Source of the DNA: the human T2T-CHM13v2.0 reference genome, Homo sapiens
Length of the DNA stretch: 64,000 nt
Assembly (NCBI GenBank): GCA_009914755.4
Contig: CP086569.2
Coordinates: 60,672,001-60,736,000 of the forward strand
Reading direction: 5' to 3'
Within the stretch, counting starts at the first letter, position 1, and each line of letters begins with the position of its first letter. Shown in pieces: positions 48,099 through 61,637 of the stretch. The position numbers and the translations under genes were made by a program. The notes beneath the pieces were generated by a model that worked only from the letters and a program-made list of their open reading frames with translations, ran no database searches and was not told the origin of the DNA.

Positions 48099-51061
48099 GG
48101 ACTCGTTTGGAATGGTGTAGTATGCAATGCAATCGACTGGCAGGGAATCAAAAGGAATGTAATCGAATGGATTGGACTGGAATGCAATGGACTCGAATAG
48201 ATTGGAAACGGAATGCAAAGGAATGGAATGGAATAGTATGGAATGGAATGGAAAGGAATGGAGTGGAATAGACTAGAGTGGAATGGAATGGACTCGAAAG
48301 CAATGGACTGGAATGGAACTTTCTTGAATGGACTGGAATCAAACGGAATGGAATGCAATGCAATCAAATGGCATGGAATAAAATAGAATGAAAGAGAATC
48401 AAACGGAATTGAATCGAATGGAATCGAATGGATTGGAAAGGAATAGAATGGAATGGAATGGAATTGACTCAAATGGAATGGACTAGAATGGAATGGATTC
48501 GAATGGAAGGCAAAGGAATGGAATCTATTGGAATGGACTGTAATGGAATGGAATGGAAGGGATTGGAATGGACTCGAATGGAATGGACTGCAATAGAAAG
48601 GATTCGAATGGAATGAAAAAGAATTGAATGGAATAGAACAGAATGGAATCAAACCTCATGAAATAGAATGCAATAGAAAGGAATGGAATGAAATCGAATG
48701 GAAAGGATTCGAATGGAATGCAATCGAATGGAATGCAATCGAATGGAATGGAATCGAACGGAATGGAATAAAATGGAAGAAAACTGGCAAGAAATGGAAT
48801 CGAAATGAATGGAGTGTTAAGGAACGGACTCAAAAGGAATTGAATGTAATAGAATGGAGTGGAGTGGACTCGAATATAATGGACTGGAATGGAATGAAAT
48901 CACATGGAATGGGAACGAATGGAATGGAATGGAAAGGAATGGAATCGAATGGAAAGGAATCGAATGGAAGGGAATGAAATTGAATCAACAGGAATGGAAG
49001 GGAATAGAATAGACGGTAATGGAATGGACTCGAATAGAATGGACACGAATGCTCAAATTGAATGGACTCGAATGGAATGGAAATGAAAGGAATGTCATCG
49101 AATGCAATTCAATCGATTGGAATGAAATCGCATAGGATGGAGTGGAATCAAATGGAATTGAATCGAAAGGAAAAGAAGCTAATTGACTGAAATGAAATGG
49201 AATGGAATTGAATGGAAAGTAATGCAACGGAATAGAATGGAATGAAATTTCACGGAATGGAATCAAACTGAATGGAATCAAATCAATGGAATATAATCAA
49301 ATGGAATGGAAAGGAATTGAATGGAGTAGATTGTATTGGATGGGATTGGAATGAAATGTACTGGAAAGGACTCGAATTTCATGAAACGGAATGGAATGTA
49401 TTAGAACGGAATGGACTCGAATGGAATTGAATGTCACGGAATGGCATCAAATGGAATGGCATCAATTGGAATGGAATCGAATGCAATGGAATGCTATGGA
49501 ATGGAATGGAATGCATTGGAATGGAATGTCCTCTAATGGAATGGATTCGAGTGGAATGGAATCGAATATAATGGAGTCTAATGAAATGGAATTGAAAGGA
49601 ATGGGATCCAATACAATGGAATATACTGGAATGTAATGTAATGAACTCGAATGTAATTGACTGGAATGGAATGTACATGAGTGGAATGTAATCGAATGGA
49701 AAGTAATCCAATGGAATAGAATCTAATGCAATAAAATCGACTCAAATAGAGTAGAATGTAATGGAATGGAGTGCAGTGCAATGGAATGGAATGGAATGGG
49801 ATGGAATGGTATGGAATGGATAGTAATGGACTGGAGTGAAATGGACTGGAAAATAATGGACTCAAATTGAAAGGGCTCGAAAGGAATGGAGTCAAATGGA
49901 ATGGTCTGGAATGGAATGAACACGAATGTAATGCAATCCAATAGAATGGAATCGAATGGCATGGAATATAAAGAAATGGAATCGAAGAGAATTGAAACAA
50001 ATGGAATGGAATTGAATGGAATGGAATTGAATGGAATGGGAACGAATGGAGTGAAATTGTATGCAGTAGAAGAGAATAGAATGGAATGCAAGCGAAAGGA
50101 AAGGAATGGATTGGAATGGAATGGAATTCATTGGAATGGAAGGGAATGTAGTGTAATGGACAGGCCTGTAATAAAGTGGAATGCTACGGTCTCGAATGGA
50201 ATAAAAATGTATGGAATGGAATGCAATGAAACGGAATCAAATGTCATAGAAGTAATGGAATGCAAAAAAATGGACTCCAAAATCATTGACTGGAAAGGCT
50301 GGGTGTCGAAAGGAATTTACTCCAATGGAATGGAATCGAATGGAATGGAAGTGAATAGAATCGAACTAAATCGAATGGAATGGAATTGATAGGAACGGAA
50401 TGGAAAGGAATGCAATGATTTCGCATGGAATGGAATCGAATGGCATCGAATGGAATGGAATGGAATGCAATGGAATGGAATGTATTAAAATGTAATGAAC
50501 TTTAATGGAATGTACTCGAATGGATTCGACTGGAATGGAATGTTCTCGAAGTGAATGGACTCCAATGGAATGGATTCGAAAGGAATGGAATCTAATGGAA
50601 TGGAATTAAATGGAAATGAATCAAATTGTATAGAACGGAATTGAATTGAATGGAATCGAATGCAATGGAATCTAATGAAACGGAAAGGAAAGGAATGGAA
50701 TGGAATGGAATGGAATGGGCTGGAATGGAATGGAATCCAAAGGAATGGAATAGAATGGAATGGAATCGAATGGAAAGGACTCGAATGGAAATCACTCGAA
50801 TAGAATGCAATTTAATAAAATAGGATCAAATGTAATGGAATGGAATGGAAAGGAATCGAAACGAAAGGAATGGAGACAGATGGAATGGAATGGAACAGAG
50901 AGCAATGGTATAGAATGGAATGGAATCATCTGGAATGGAATTGAATGGAATGGAATAACATGAAATGGACTGGAATGGAATGGAATGCCCTTGAATTAAA
51001 TGGACTGGAATGGAATGGACTCGAACAGAGTGGAATGGAAAGTGTTGAAATAGAATGGAAT
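48099..51061 (+). repeat. DYZ1-type unit D4 (2963 bp). A short variant unit carrying a 550-bp homology-mediated internal deletion plus a 15-bp deletion.
   Basis: The join 'gggctggaatggaatggaatc|caaaggaatggaatagaatgg' at 50736/50737 links sequence corresponding to D2 positions 43660 and 44211. The chimeric ORF at 50592-50810 spans the join. Confidence 0.85.
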
Positions 51062-54000
51062 GGACTCGTTTGGAATGGTCTAGTATGCAATGCAATCGAC
51101 TGGCAGGGAATCAAAAGGAATGTAATCGAATGGATTGGACTGGAATGCAATGGACTCGAATAGATTGGAAACGGAATGCAAAGGAATGGAATGGAATAGT
51201 ATGGAATGGAATGGAAAGGAATGGAGTGGAATAGACTAGAGTGGAATGGAATGGACTCGAAAGCAATGGACTGGAATGGAACTTTCTTGAATGGACTGGA
51301 ATCAAACGGAATGGAATGCAATGCAATCAAATGGCATGGAATAAAATAGAATGAAAGAGAATCAAATGGAATTGAATCGAATGGAATCGAATGGATTGGA
51401 AAGGAATAGAATGGAATGGAATGGAATTGACTCAAATGGAATGGACTAGAATGGAATGGATTCGAATGGAAGGCAAAGGAATGGAATCTATTGGAATGGA
51501 CTGTAATGGAATGGAATGGAAGGGATTGGAATGGACTCGAATGGAATGGACTGCAATAGAAAGGATTCGAATGGAATGAAAAAGAATTGAATGGAATAGA
51601 ACAGAATGGAATCAAATCGAATGAAATGGAATGGAATAGAAAGGAATGGAATGAAATGGAATGGAAAGGATTCGAATGGAATGCAATCGAATGGAATGGA
51701 ATCGAACGGAATGGAATAAAATGGAAGAAAACTGGCAAGAAATGGAATCGAAATGAATGGAGTGTTATGGAACGGACTCAAAAGGAATTGAATGTAATAG
51801 AATGGAGTGGAGTGGACTCAAATATAATAGACTGGAATGGAATGAAATCACATGGAATGGGAACGAATGGAATGGAATGGAAAGGAATGGAATCGAATGG
51901 AAAGGAATCGAATGGAAGGGAATGAAATTGAATCAACAGGAATGGAAAGGAGTAGAATAGACGGTAATGGAATGGGCTCGAATGGAATGGACACGAATGC
52001 TCAAATTAAATGGACTCGAATGGAATGGAAACGAAAGGAATGTCATCGAATGGAATTGAATCGATTGGAATGAAATCACATAGAATGGAGTGGAATCAAA
52101 TGGAATTGAATCGAAAGGAAAGGAAGCGAATGGACTGAAATGAAATGGAATGGCATTGAATGGAAATTAATGCAATGGAATAGAATGGAAAGAAATTTCA
52201 CGGAATGGAATCAAACTGAATGGAATCAAATCAATGGAATCAAATCAAATGGAATGGAAAGGAATTGAATGGAGTAGATTGGATTGGATGGGATTGGAAT
52301 GAAATGTACTGGAAAGGACTCGAATTTCATGAAACGGAATGGAATGAATTAGAACGGAATGGACTCGAATGGAATGGAATATCACGGAATGGCATCAAAT
52401 GGAATGGCATCAATTGGAATGGAATCGAATGCAATGGAATGCTATGGAATGGAATGGAATGCATTGGAATGGAATGTCCTCTAATGGAATGGATTCGAGT
52501 GGAATGGAATCGAATATAATGGAGTCTAATGAAATGGAATTGAAAGGAATGGGATCCAATACAATGGAATATACTGGAATGTAATGTAATGAACTCGAAT
52601 GTAATTGACTGGAATGGAATGTACATGAATGGAATGTAATCGAATGGAAAGTAATCCAATGGAATAGAATCTAATGCAATAAAATCGACTCAAGTAGAGT
52701 AGAATATAATGGAATGGAGTGCAGTGCAATGGAATGGAATGGAATGGAATGCAATGGAATGGAATGGAATGGAATGGAATGGAATGGGATGGAATGGTAT
52801 GGAATGGATAGTAATGGACTGGAGTGAAATGGACTGGAAAGGAATGGACTCAAATTGAAAGGGCTCGAAAGGAATGGAGTCAAATGGAATGGTCTGGAAT
52901 GGAATGAACACGAATGTAATGCAATCCAATAGAATGGAATCGAATGGCATGGAATATAAAGAAATGGAATCGAAGAGAATGGAAACAAATGGAATGGAAT
53001 TGAATGGAATGGAATTGAATGGAATGGGAACGAATGGAGTGAAATTGTATGCAGTAGAAGAGAATAGAATGGAATGCAAGCGAAAGGAAAGGAATGGATT
53101 GGAATGGAATGGAATTCATTGGAATGGAAGGGAATGTAGTGTAATGGACAGGCCTGTAATAAAGTGGAATGCTACGGTCTCGAATGGAATAAAAATGTAT
53201 GGAATGGAATGCAATGAAACGGAATCGAATGTCATAGAAGTAATGGAATGCAAAAAAATGGACTCCAAAATCATTGACTGGAAAGGCTGGGTGTCGAAAG
53301 GAATTTACTCCAATGGAATGGAATCGAATGGAATGGAAGTGAATAGAATCGAACTAAATCGAATGGAATGGAATTGATAGGAACGGAATGGAAAGGAATG
53401 CAATGATTTCGCATGGAATGGAATCGAATGGCATCGAATGGAATGGAATGGAATGCAATGGAATGGAATGTATTAAAATGTAATGAACTTTAATGGAATG
53501 TACTCGAATGGATTCGACTGGAATGGAATGTTCTCGAAGTGAATGGACTCCAATGGAATGGATTCGAAAGGAATGGAATCTAATGGAATGGAATTAAATG
53601 GAAATGAATCATATTGTATAGAACGGAATTGAATTGAATGGAATCGAATGCAATGGAATCTAATGAAACGGAAAGGAAAGGAATGGAATGGAATGGAATG
53701 GAATGGGCTGGAATGGAATGGAATCGAAACGAATGGAATGGAATCGAACTGAAGAGACTGGAATGGAATACACTGGAATGGAAGGGAATGTAATGGAAGG
53801 TTCTCGAAAAAAATGTAATTGAAAGGAATGGAATTGAGTGGAACGGAATAGAGTCGAATGGAATTCAATGGAATGGAATGGACTAGAGTGAAATGGAATC
53901 GAACCACAAGGAATGGACAGGAATAGAATGGTCTCGAATTGAATGGAATCGTATGGAATGGCATCAAACGGAATGGAATGGACAGCCACGGAATGGAATG

Positions 54001-54599
54001 CACTCGAATGCAATGGAGTCGAAACTAATGGACTGGAATAGAATGGACTCGACTGGTACGGACTCCAATGGAATGGAATCGAATGGAAGGGAATCGAACG
54101 GAATGGACTCGAAGGGAAAAGACTGCAATGGAAAGGTCTCGAATGGAATGGAAATTAATGGAATGGAATGGAATCGAATGAAATGGAGTCAAAAGGAATG
54201 GAATCGAATGGCAAGAAATCGAATGTAATGGAATCGCAAGGAATTGATGTGAACGGAACGGAATGGAATGGAATCCAAAGGAATGGAATAGAATGGAATG
54301 GAATCGAATGGAAAGGACTCGAATGGAAATCACTCGAATAGAATGCAATTTAATAAAATAGGATCAAATGTAATGGAATGGAATGGAAAGGAATCGAAAC
54401 GAAAGGAATGGAGACAGATGGAATGGAATGGAACAGAGAGCAATGGTATAGAATGGAATGGAATCATCTGGAATGGAATTGAATGGAATGGAATAACATG
54501 AAATGGACTGGAATGGAATGGAATGCCCTTGAATTAAATGGACTGGAATGGAATGGACTCGAACAGAGTGGAATGGAAAGTGTTGAAATAGAATGGAAT
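51062..54599 (+). repeat. DYZ1-type unit D5 (3538 bp)
   Basis: Bounded by marker spacing. Shares a 1-bp deletion ('catagaagtaatgg', near 53236) with D4. Confidence 0.9.
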
Positions 54600-57500
54600 G
54601 GACTCGTTTGGAATGGTCTAGTATGCAATGCAATCGACTGGCAGGGAATCAAAAGGAATGTAATCGAATGGATTGGACTGGAATGCAATGGACTCGAATA
54701 GATTGGAAACGGAATGCAAAGGAATGGAATGGAATAGTATGGAATGGAATGGAAAGGAATGGAGTGGAATAGACTAGAATGGAATGGAATGGACTCGAAA
54801 GCAATGGACTGGAATGGAACTTTCTTGAATGGACTGGAATCAAACGGAATGGAATGCAATGCAATCAAATGGCATGGAATAAAATAGAATGAAAGAGAAT
54901 CAAATGGAATTGAATCGAATGGAATCGAATGGATTGGAAAGGAATAGAATGGAATGGAATGGAATTGACTCAAATGGAATGGACTAGAATGGAATGGATT
55001 CGAATGGAAGGCAAAGGAATGGAATCTATTGGAATGGACTGTAATGGAATGGAATGGAAGGGATTGGAATGGACTCGAATGGAATGGACTGCAATAGAAA
55101 GGATTCGAATGGAATGAAAAAGAATTGAATGGAATAGAACAGAATGGAATCAAATCGAATGAAATGGAATGGAATAGAAAGGAATGGAATGAAATGGAAT
55201 GGAAAGGATTCGAATGGAATGCAATCGAATGGAATGGAATCGAACGGAATGGAGTAAAATGGAAGAAAACTGGCAAGAAATGGAATCGAAATGAATGGAG
55301 TGTTATGGAACGGACTCAAAAGGAATTGAATGTAATAGAATGGAGTGGAGTGGACTCAAATATAATAGACTGGAATGGAATGAAATCACATGGAATGGGA
55401 ACGAATGGAATGGAATGGAAAGGAATGGAATCGAATGGAAAGGAATCGAATGGAAGGGAATGAAATTGAATCAACAGGAATGGAAAGGAGTAGAATAGAC
55501 GGTAATGGAATGGGCTCGAATAGAATGGACACGAATGCTCAAATTAAATGGACTCGAATGGAATGGAAACGAAAGGAATGTCATCGAATGGAATTGAATC
55601 GATTGGAATGAAATCACATAGAATGGAGTGGAATCAAATGGAATTGAATCGAAAGGAAAGGAAGCGAATGGACTGAAATGAAATGGAATGGAATTGAATG
55701 GAAATTAATGCAATGGAATAGAATGGAAAGAAATTTCACGGAATGGAATCAAACTGAATGGAATCAAATCAATGGAATATAATCAAATGGAATGGAAAGG
55801 AATTGAATGGAGTAGATTGGATTGGATGGGATTGGAATGAAATGTACTGGAAAGGACTCGAATTTCATGAAACGGAATGGAATGAATTAGAACGGAATGG
55901 ACTCGAATGGAATGGAATATCACGGAATGGCATCAAATGGAATGGCATCAATTGGAATGGAATCGAATGCAATGGAATGCTATGGAATGGAATGGAATGC
56001 ATTGGAATGGAATGTCCTCTAATGGAATGGATTCGAGTGGAATGGAATCGAATATAATGGAGTCTAATGAAATGGAATTGAAAGGAATGGGATCCAATAC
56101 AATGGAATATACTGGAATGTAATGTAATGAACTCGAATGTAATTGACTGGAATGGAATGTACATGAATGGAATGTAATCGAATGGAAAGTAATCCAATGG
56201 AATAGAATCTAATGCAATAAAATCGACTCAAGTAGAGTAGAATATAATGGAATGGAGTGCAGTGCAATGGAATGGAATGGAATGGAATGCAATGGAATGG
56301 AATGGAATGGAATGGAATGGAACGGGATGGAATGGTATGGAATGGATAGTAATGGACTGGAGTGAAATGGACTGGAAAGGAATGGACTCAAATTGAAAGG
56401 GCTCGAAAGGAATGGAGTCAAATGGAATGGTCTGGAATGGAATGAACACGAATGTAATGCAATCCAATAGAATGGAATCGAATGGCATGGAATATAAAGA
56501 AATGGAATCGAAGAGAATGGAAACAAATGGAATGGAATTGAATGGAATGGAATTGAATGGAATGGGAACGAATGGAGTGAAATTGTATGCAGTAGAAGAG
56601 AATAGAATGGAATGCAAGCGAAAGGAAAGGAATGGATTGGAATGGAATGGAATTCATTGGAATGGAAGGGAATGTAGTGTAATGGACAGGCCTGGAATAA
56701 AGTGGAATGCTACGGTCTCGAATGGAATAAAAATGTATGGAATGGAATGCAATGAAACGGAATCGAATGTCATAGAATGTAATGGAATGCAAAAAAATGG
56801 AATCCAAAATCATTGACTGGAAAGGCTGGGTGTCGAAAGGAATTGACTCCAATGGAATGGAATCGAATGGCATGGAAGTGAATAGAATCGAACTAAATCG
56901 AATGGAATGGAATTGATAGGAACGGAATGGAAAGGAATGCAATGATTTGGCATGGAATGGAATCGAATGGCATCGAATGGAATGGAATGGAATGCAATGG
57001 AATGGAATGTATTAGAATGTAATGAACTTTAATGGAATGTACTCGAATGGATTCGACTGGAATGGAATGTTCTCGAAGTGAATGGACTCCAAAGGAATGG
57101 ATTCGAAAGGAATGGAATCTAATGGAATGGAATTTAATGGAAATGAATCAAATTGAATAGAACGGAATTGAATTGAATGGAATCGAATGCAATGGAATCT
57201 AATGAAACGGAAAGGAAAGGAATGGAATGGATTGGAATGGAATGGGCTTTAATGGAATGGAATCGAAACGAATGGAATGGAATCGAACTGAAGAGACTGG
57301 AATGGAATGCACTGGAATGGAAGGGAATGTAATGGAAGGTTCTCAAGAAAAATGGAATCGAAAGGAATGGAATTGAATGGAACGGAATAGAGTCGAACGG
57401 AATTCAATGGAATGGAATGGACTAGAGTGAAATGGAATCGAACCACAAGGAATGGACAGGAATAGAATGGTCTCGAATTGAATGGAATCGTATGGAATGG

Positions 57501-58138
57501 CATCAAACGGAATGGAATGGACAGCCACGGAATGGAATGCACTCGAATGCAATGGAGTCGACACTAACGGAGTGGAATAGAATGGACTCGACTGGTACGG
57601 ACTCTAATGGAATGGAATCGAATGGAATGGTATCGAACGGAATGGACTCGAAGGGAAAAGACTGCAATGGAAAGGTCTCGAATGGAATGGAAATTAATGG
57701 AATGGAATGGAATCGAATGAAATGGAGTCAAAAGGAATGGAATCGAATGGCAAGAAATCGAATGTAATGGAATCGCAAGGAATTGAAGTGAACGGAACGG
57801 AATGCAATGGAATCCAAAGGAATGGAATAGAATGGAATGGAATCGAATGGAAAGGACTCGAATGGAAATCACTCGAATAGAATGCAATTTAATAAAATAG
57901 GATCAAATGTAATGGAATGGAATGGAAAGGAATCGAAACGAAAGGAATGGAGACAGATGGAATGGAATGGAACAGAGAGCAATGGTATAGAATGGAATGG
58001 AATCATCTGGAATGGAATTGAATGGAATGGAATAACATGAAATGGACTGGAATGGAATGGAATGCCCTTGAATTAAATGGACTGGAATGGAATGGACTCG
58101 AACAGAGTGGAATGGAAAGTGTTGAAATAGAATGGAAT
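54600..58138 (+). repeat. DYZ1-type unit D6 (3539 bp)
   Basis: Bounded by marker spacing. Nearly identical to D5 apart from the reverted 1-bp indel. Confidence 0.9.
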
Positions 58139-61100
58139 GGACTCGTTTGGAATGGTGTAGTATGCAATGCAATCGACTGGCAAGGAATCAAAAGGAATGT
58201 AATCGAATGGATTGGACTGGAATGCAATGGACTCGAATAGATTGGAAACGGAAAGCAAAGGAATGGAATGGAATAGTATGGAATGGAATGGAAAGGAATG
58301 GAGTGGAATAGACTAGAGTGGAATGGAATGGACTGGAAAGCAATGGACTGGAATGGAACTTTCTTGAATGGACTGGAATCAAACGGAATGGAATGCAATG
58401 CAATCAAATGGCATGGAATAAAATAGAATGAAAGAGAATCAAATGGAATTGAATCGAATGGAATCGAATGGATTGGAAAGGAATAGAATGGAATGGAACG
58501 GAATTGACTCAAATGGAATGGACTAGAATGGAATGGATTCGAATGGAAGGCAAATGAATGGAATCTATTGGAATGGACTGTAATGGAATGGAATGGAAGG
58601 GATTGGAATGGACTCGAATGGAATGGACTGCAATAGAAAGGATTCGAATGGAATGAAAAAGAATTGAATGGAATAGAACAGAATGGAATCAAATCGAATG
58701 AAATGGAATGGAAGAGAAAGGAATGGAATGAAATGGAATGGAAAGGATTCGAATGGAATGCAATCGAATGGAATGGAATCGAACGGAATGGAATAAAATG
58801 GAAGAAAACTGGCAAGAAATGGAATCGAAATGAATGGAGTGTTATGGAACGGACTCAAAAGGAATTGAATGTAATAGAATGGAGTGGAGTGGACTCGAAT
58901 ATAATGGACTGGAATGGAATGAAATCACATGGAATGGGAACGAATGGAATATAATGGAAAGGAATGGAATCGAATGGAAAGGAATCGAATGGAAGGGAAT
59001 GAAATTGAATCAACAGGAATGGAAGGGAGTAGAATAGACGGTAATGGAATGGACTCGAATAGAATGGACACGAATGCTCAAATTGAATGGACTCGAATGG
59101 AATGGAAACGAAAGGAATGTCATCGAATGGAATTGAATCGATTGGAATGAAATCGCATAGAATGGAGTGGAATCAAATGGAATTGAATCGAAAGGAAAGG
59201 AAGCGAATGGACTGAAATGAAATGGAATGGAATTGAATGGAAAGTAATGCAATGGAATAGAATGGAACGAAATTTCACGGAATGGAATCAAACTGAATGG
59301 AATCAAATCAATGGAATATAATCAAATGGAATGGAAAGGAATTGAATGGAGTAGATTGGATTGGATGGGATTGGAATGAAATGTACTGGAAAGGACTCGA
59401 AATTCATGAAACGGAATGGAATGAACTGGAACGGAATGGACTCGAATGGAATGGAATGTCATGGAATGGCATCAAATGGAATGGAATCGAATGCGATGGA
59501 ATGCTATGGAATGGAATGGAATGCATTGGAATGGAATGTCCTCTAATGGAATGTATTCGAGTGGAATGGAATCGAATATAATGGAGTCTAATGAAATGGA
59601 ATTGAAAGGAATGGGACCGAATACAATGGAATAAACTGGAATGTAATGTAATGAACTCGAATGTAATTGACTGGAATGGAATGTACATGAATGGAATGTA
59701 ATCGAATGGAAAGCAATCCAATGGAATAGAATCTAATGCAATAAAATCGACTCAAATAGAGTAGAATGTAATGGAATGGAGTGCAGTGCAATGGAATGGA
59801 ATGGAATGCAACGGAATGGAATGGAATGGAATGGAATGGGATGGAATGGTATGGAATGGATAGTAATGGACTGGAGTGAAATGGACTGGAAAAGAATGGA
59901 CTCAAATTGAAAGGGCTCGAAAGGAATGGAGTCAAATGGAATGGTCTGGAATGGAATGAACACGAATGTAATGCAATCCAATAGAATGGAATCGAATGGC
60001 ATGGAATATAAAGAAATGGAATCGAAGAGAATGGAAACAAATGGAATGGAATTGAATGGAATGGAATTGAATGGAATGGGAACGAATGGAGTGAAATTGT
60101 ATGCAGTAGAAGAGAATAGAATGGAATGCAAGCGAAAGGAAAGGAATGGATTGGAATGGAATGGAATTCATTGGAATGGAAGGGAATGTAGTGTAATGGA
60201 CAGGCCTGGAATAAAGTGGAATGCTACGGTCTCGAATGGAATAAAAATGTATGGAATGGAATGCAATGAAACGGAATCGAATGTCATAGAATGTAATGGA
60301 ATGCAAAAAAATGGACTCCAAAATCATTGACTGGAAAGGCTGGGTGTCGAAAGGAATTGACTCCAATGGAATGGAATCGAATGGAATGGAAGTGAATAGA
60401 ATCGAACTAAATCGAATGGAATGGAATTGATAGGAACGGAATGGAAAGGAATGCAATGATTGGGCATGGAATGGAATCGAAAGGCATCGAATGGAATGGA
60501 ATGGAATGCAATGGAATGGAATGTATTAGAATATAATGAACATTAATGGAAAGTACTCGAATGGATTCGACTGGAATGGAATGTTCTGGAAGTGAATGGA
60601 CTCCAATGGAATGGATTCGAAAGGAATGGAATCGAACGGAACGGAATTAAACGGAAATGAATCAAATAGAATAGAACGGAATTGAATTGAATGGAATCGA
60701 ATGCAATGGAATCTAATGAAACGGAAAGGAATGGAATGGAATGGGCTGGAATGGAATGGAATCGAAACGAATGGAATGGAATCGAACTGAAGAGACTGGA
60801 ATGGAATGCACTGGAATGGAAGGGAATGTAATGGAAGGTTCTCGAAAAAAATGGAATCGAAAGGAATGGAATTGAATGGAACGGAATAGAGTCGAATGGA
60901 ATTCAATGGAATGGAATGGACTAGAGTGAAATGGAATCGAACCACAAGGAATGGACAGGAATAGAATGGTCTCGAATTGAATGGAATCGTATGGAATGGC
61001 ATCAAACGGAATGGAATGGACGGCCACGGAATGGAATGCACTCGAATGCAATGGAGTCGAAACTAATGGACTGGAATAGAATGGACTCGACTGGTACGGA

Positions 61101-61637
61101 CTCCAACGGAATGGAATCGAATGGAAGGGAATCGAACGGAATGGACTCGAAGGGAAAAGACTGCAATGGAAAGGTCTCGAATGGAATGGAAATTAATGGA
61201 ATGGAATGGAATCGAATGACATGGAGTCAAAAGGAATGGAATCGAATGGCAAGAAATCGAATGTAATGGAATCGCAAGGAATTGATGTGAACGGAACGGA
61301 ATGGAATGGAATCCAAAGGAATGTAATAGAATGGAATGGAATCGAATGGAAAGGACTCGAATGGAAATCACTCGAATAGAATGCAATTTAATAAAATAGG
61401 ATCAAATGTAATGGAATGGAATGGAAAGGAATCGAAACGAAAGGAATGGAGACAGATGGAATGGAATGGAACAGAGAGCAATGGTATAGAATGGAATGGA
61501 ATCATCTGGAATGGAATTGAATGGAATGGAATAATATGAAATGGAATGGAATGGAATGGAATGCCCTTGAATTAAATGGACTGGAATGGAATGGACTCGA
61601 ACAGAGTGGAATGGAAAGTTTTGAAATAGAATGGAAT
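58139..61637 (+). repeat. DYZ1-type unit D7 (3499 bp)
   Basis: Bounded by marker spacing. Several indels in multiples of 5 bp relative to D6. Shares private variants 'ggaataaactgg' and 'aaagcaatcc' with D8. Confidence 0.9.
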
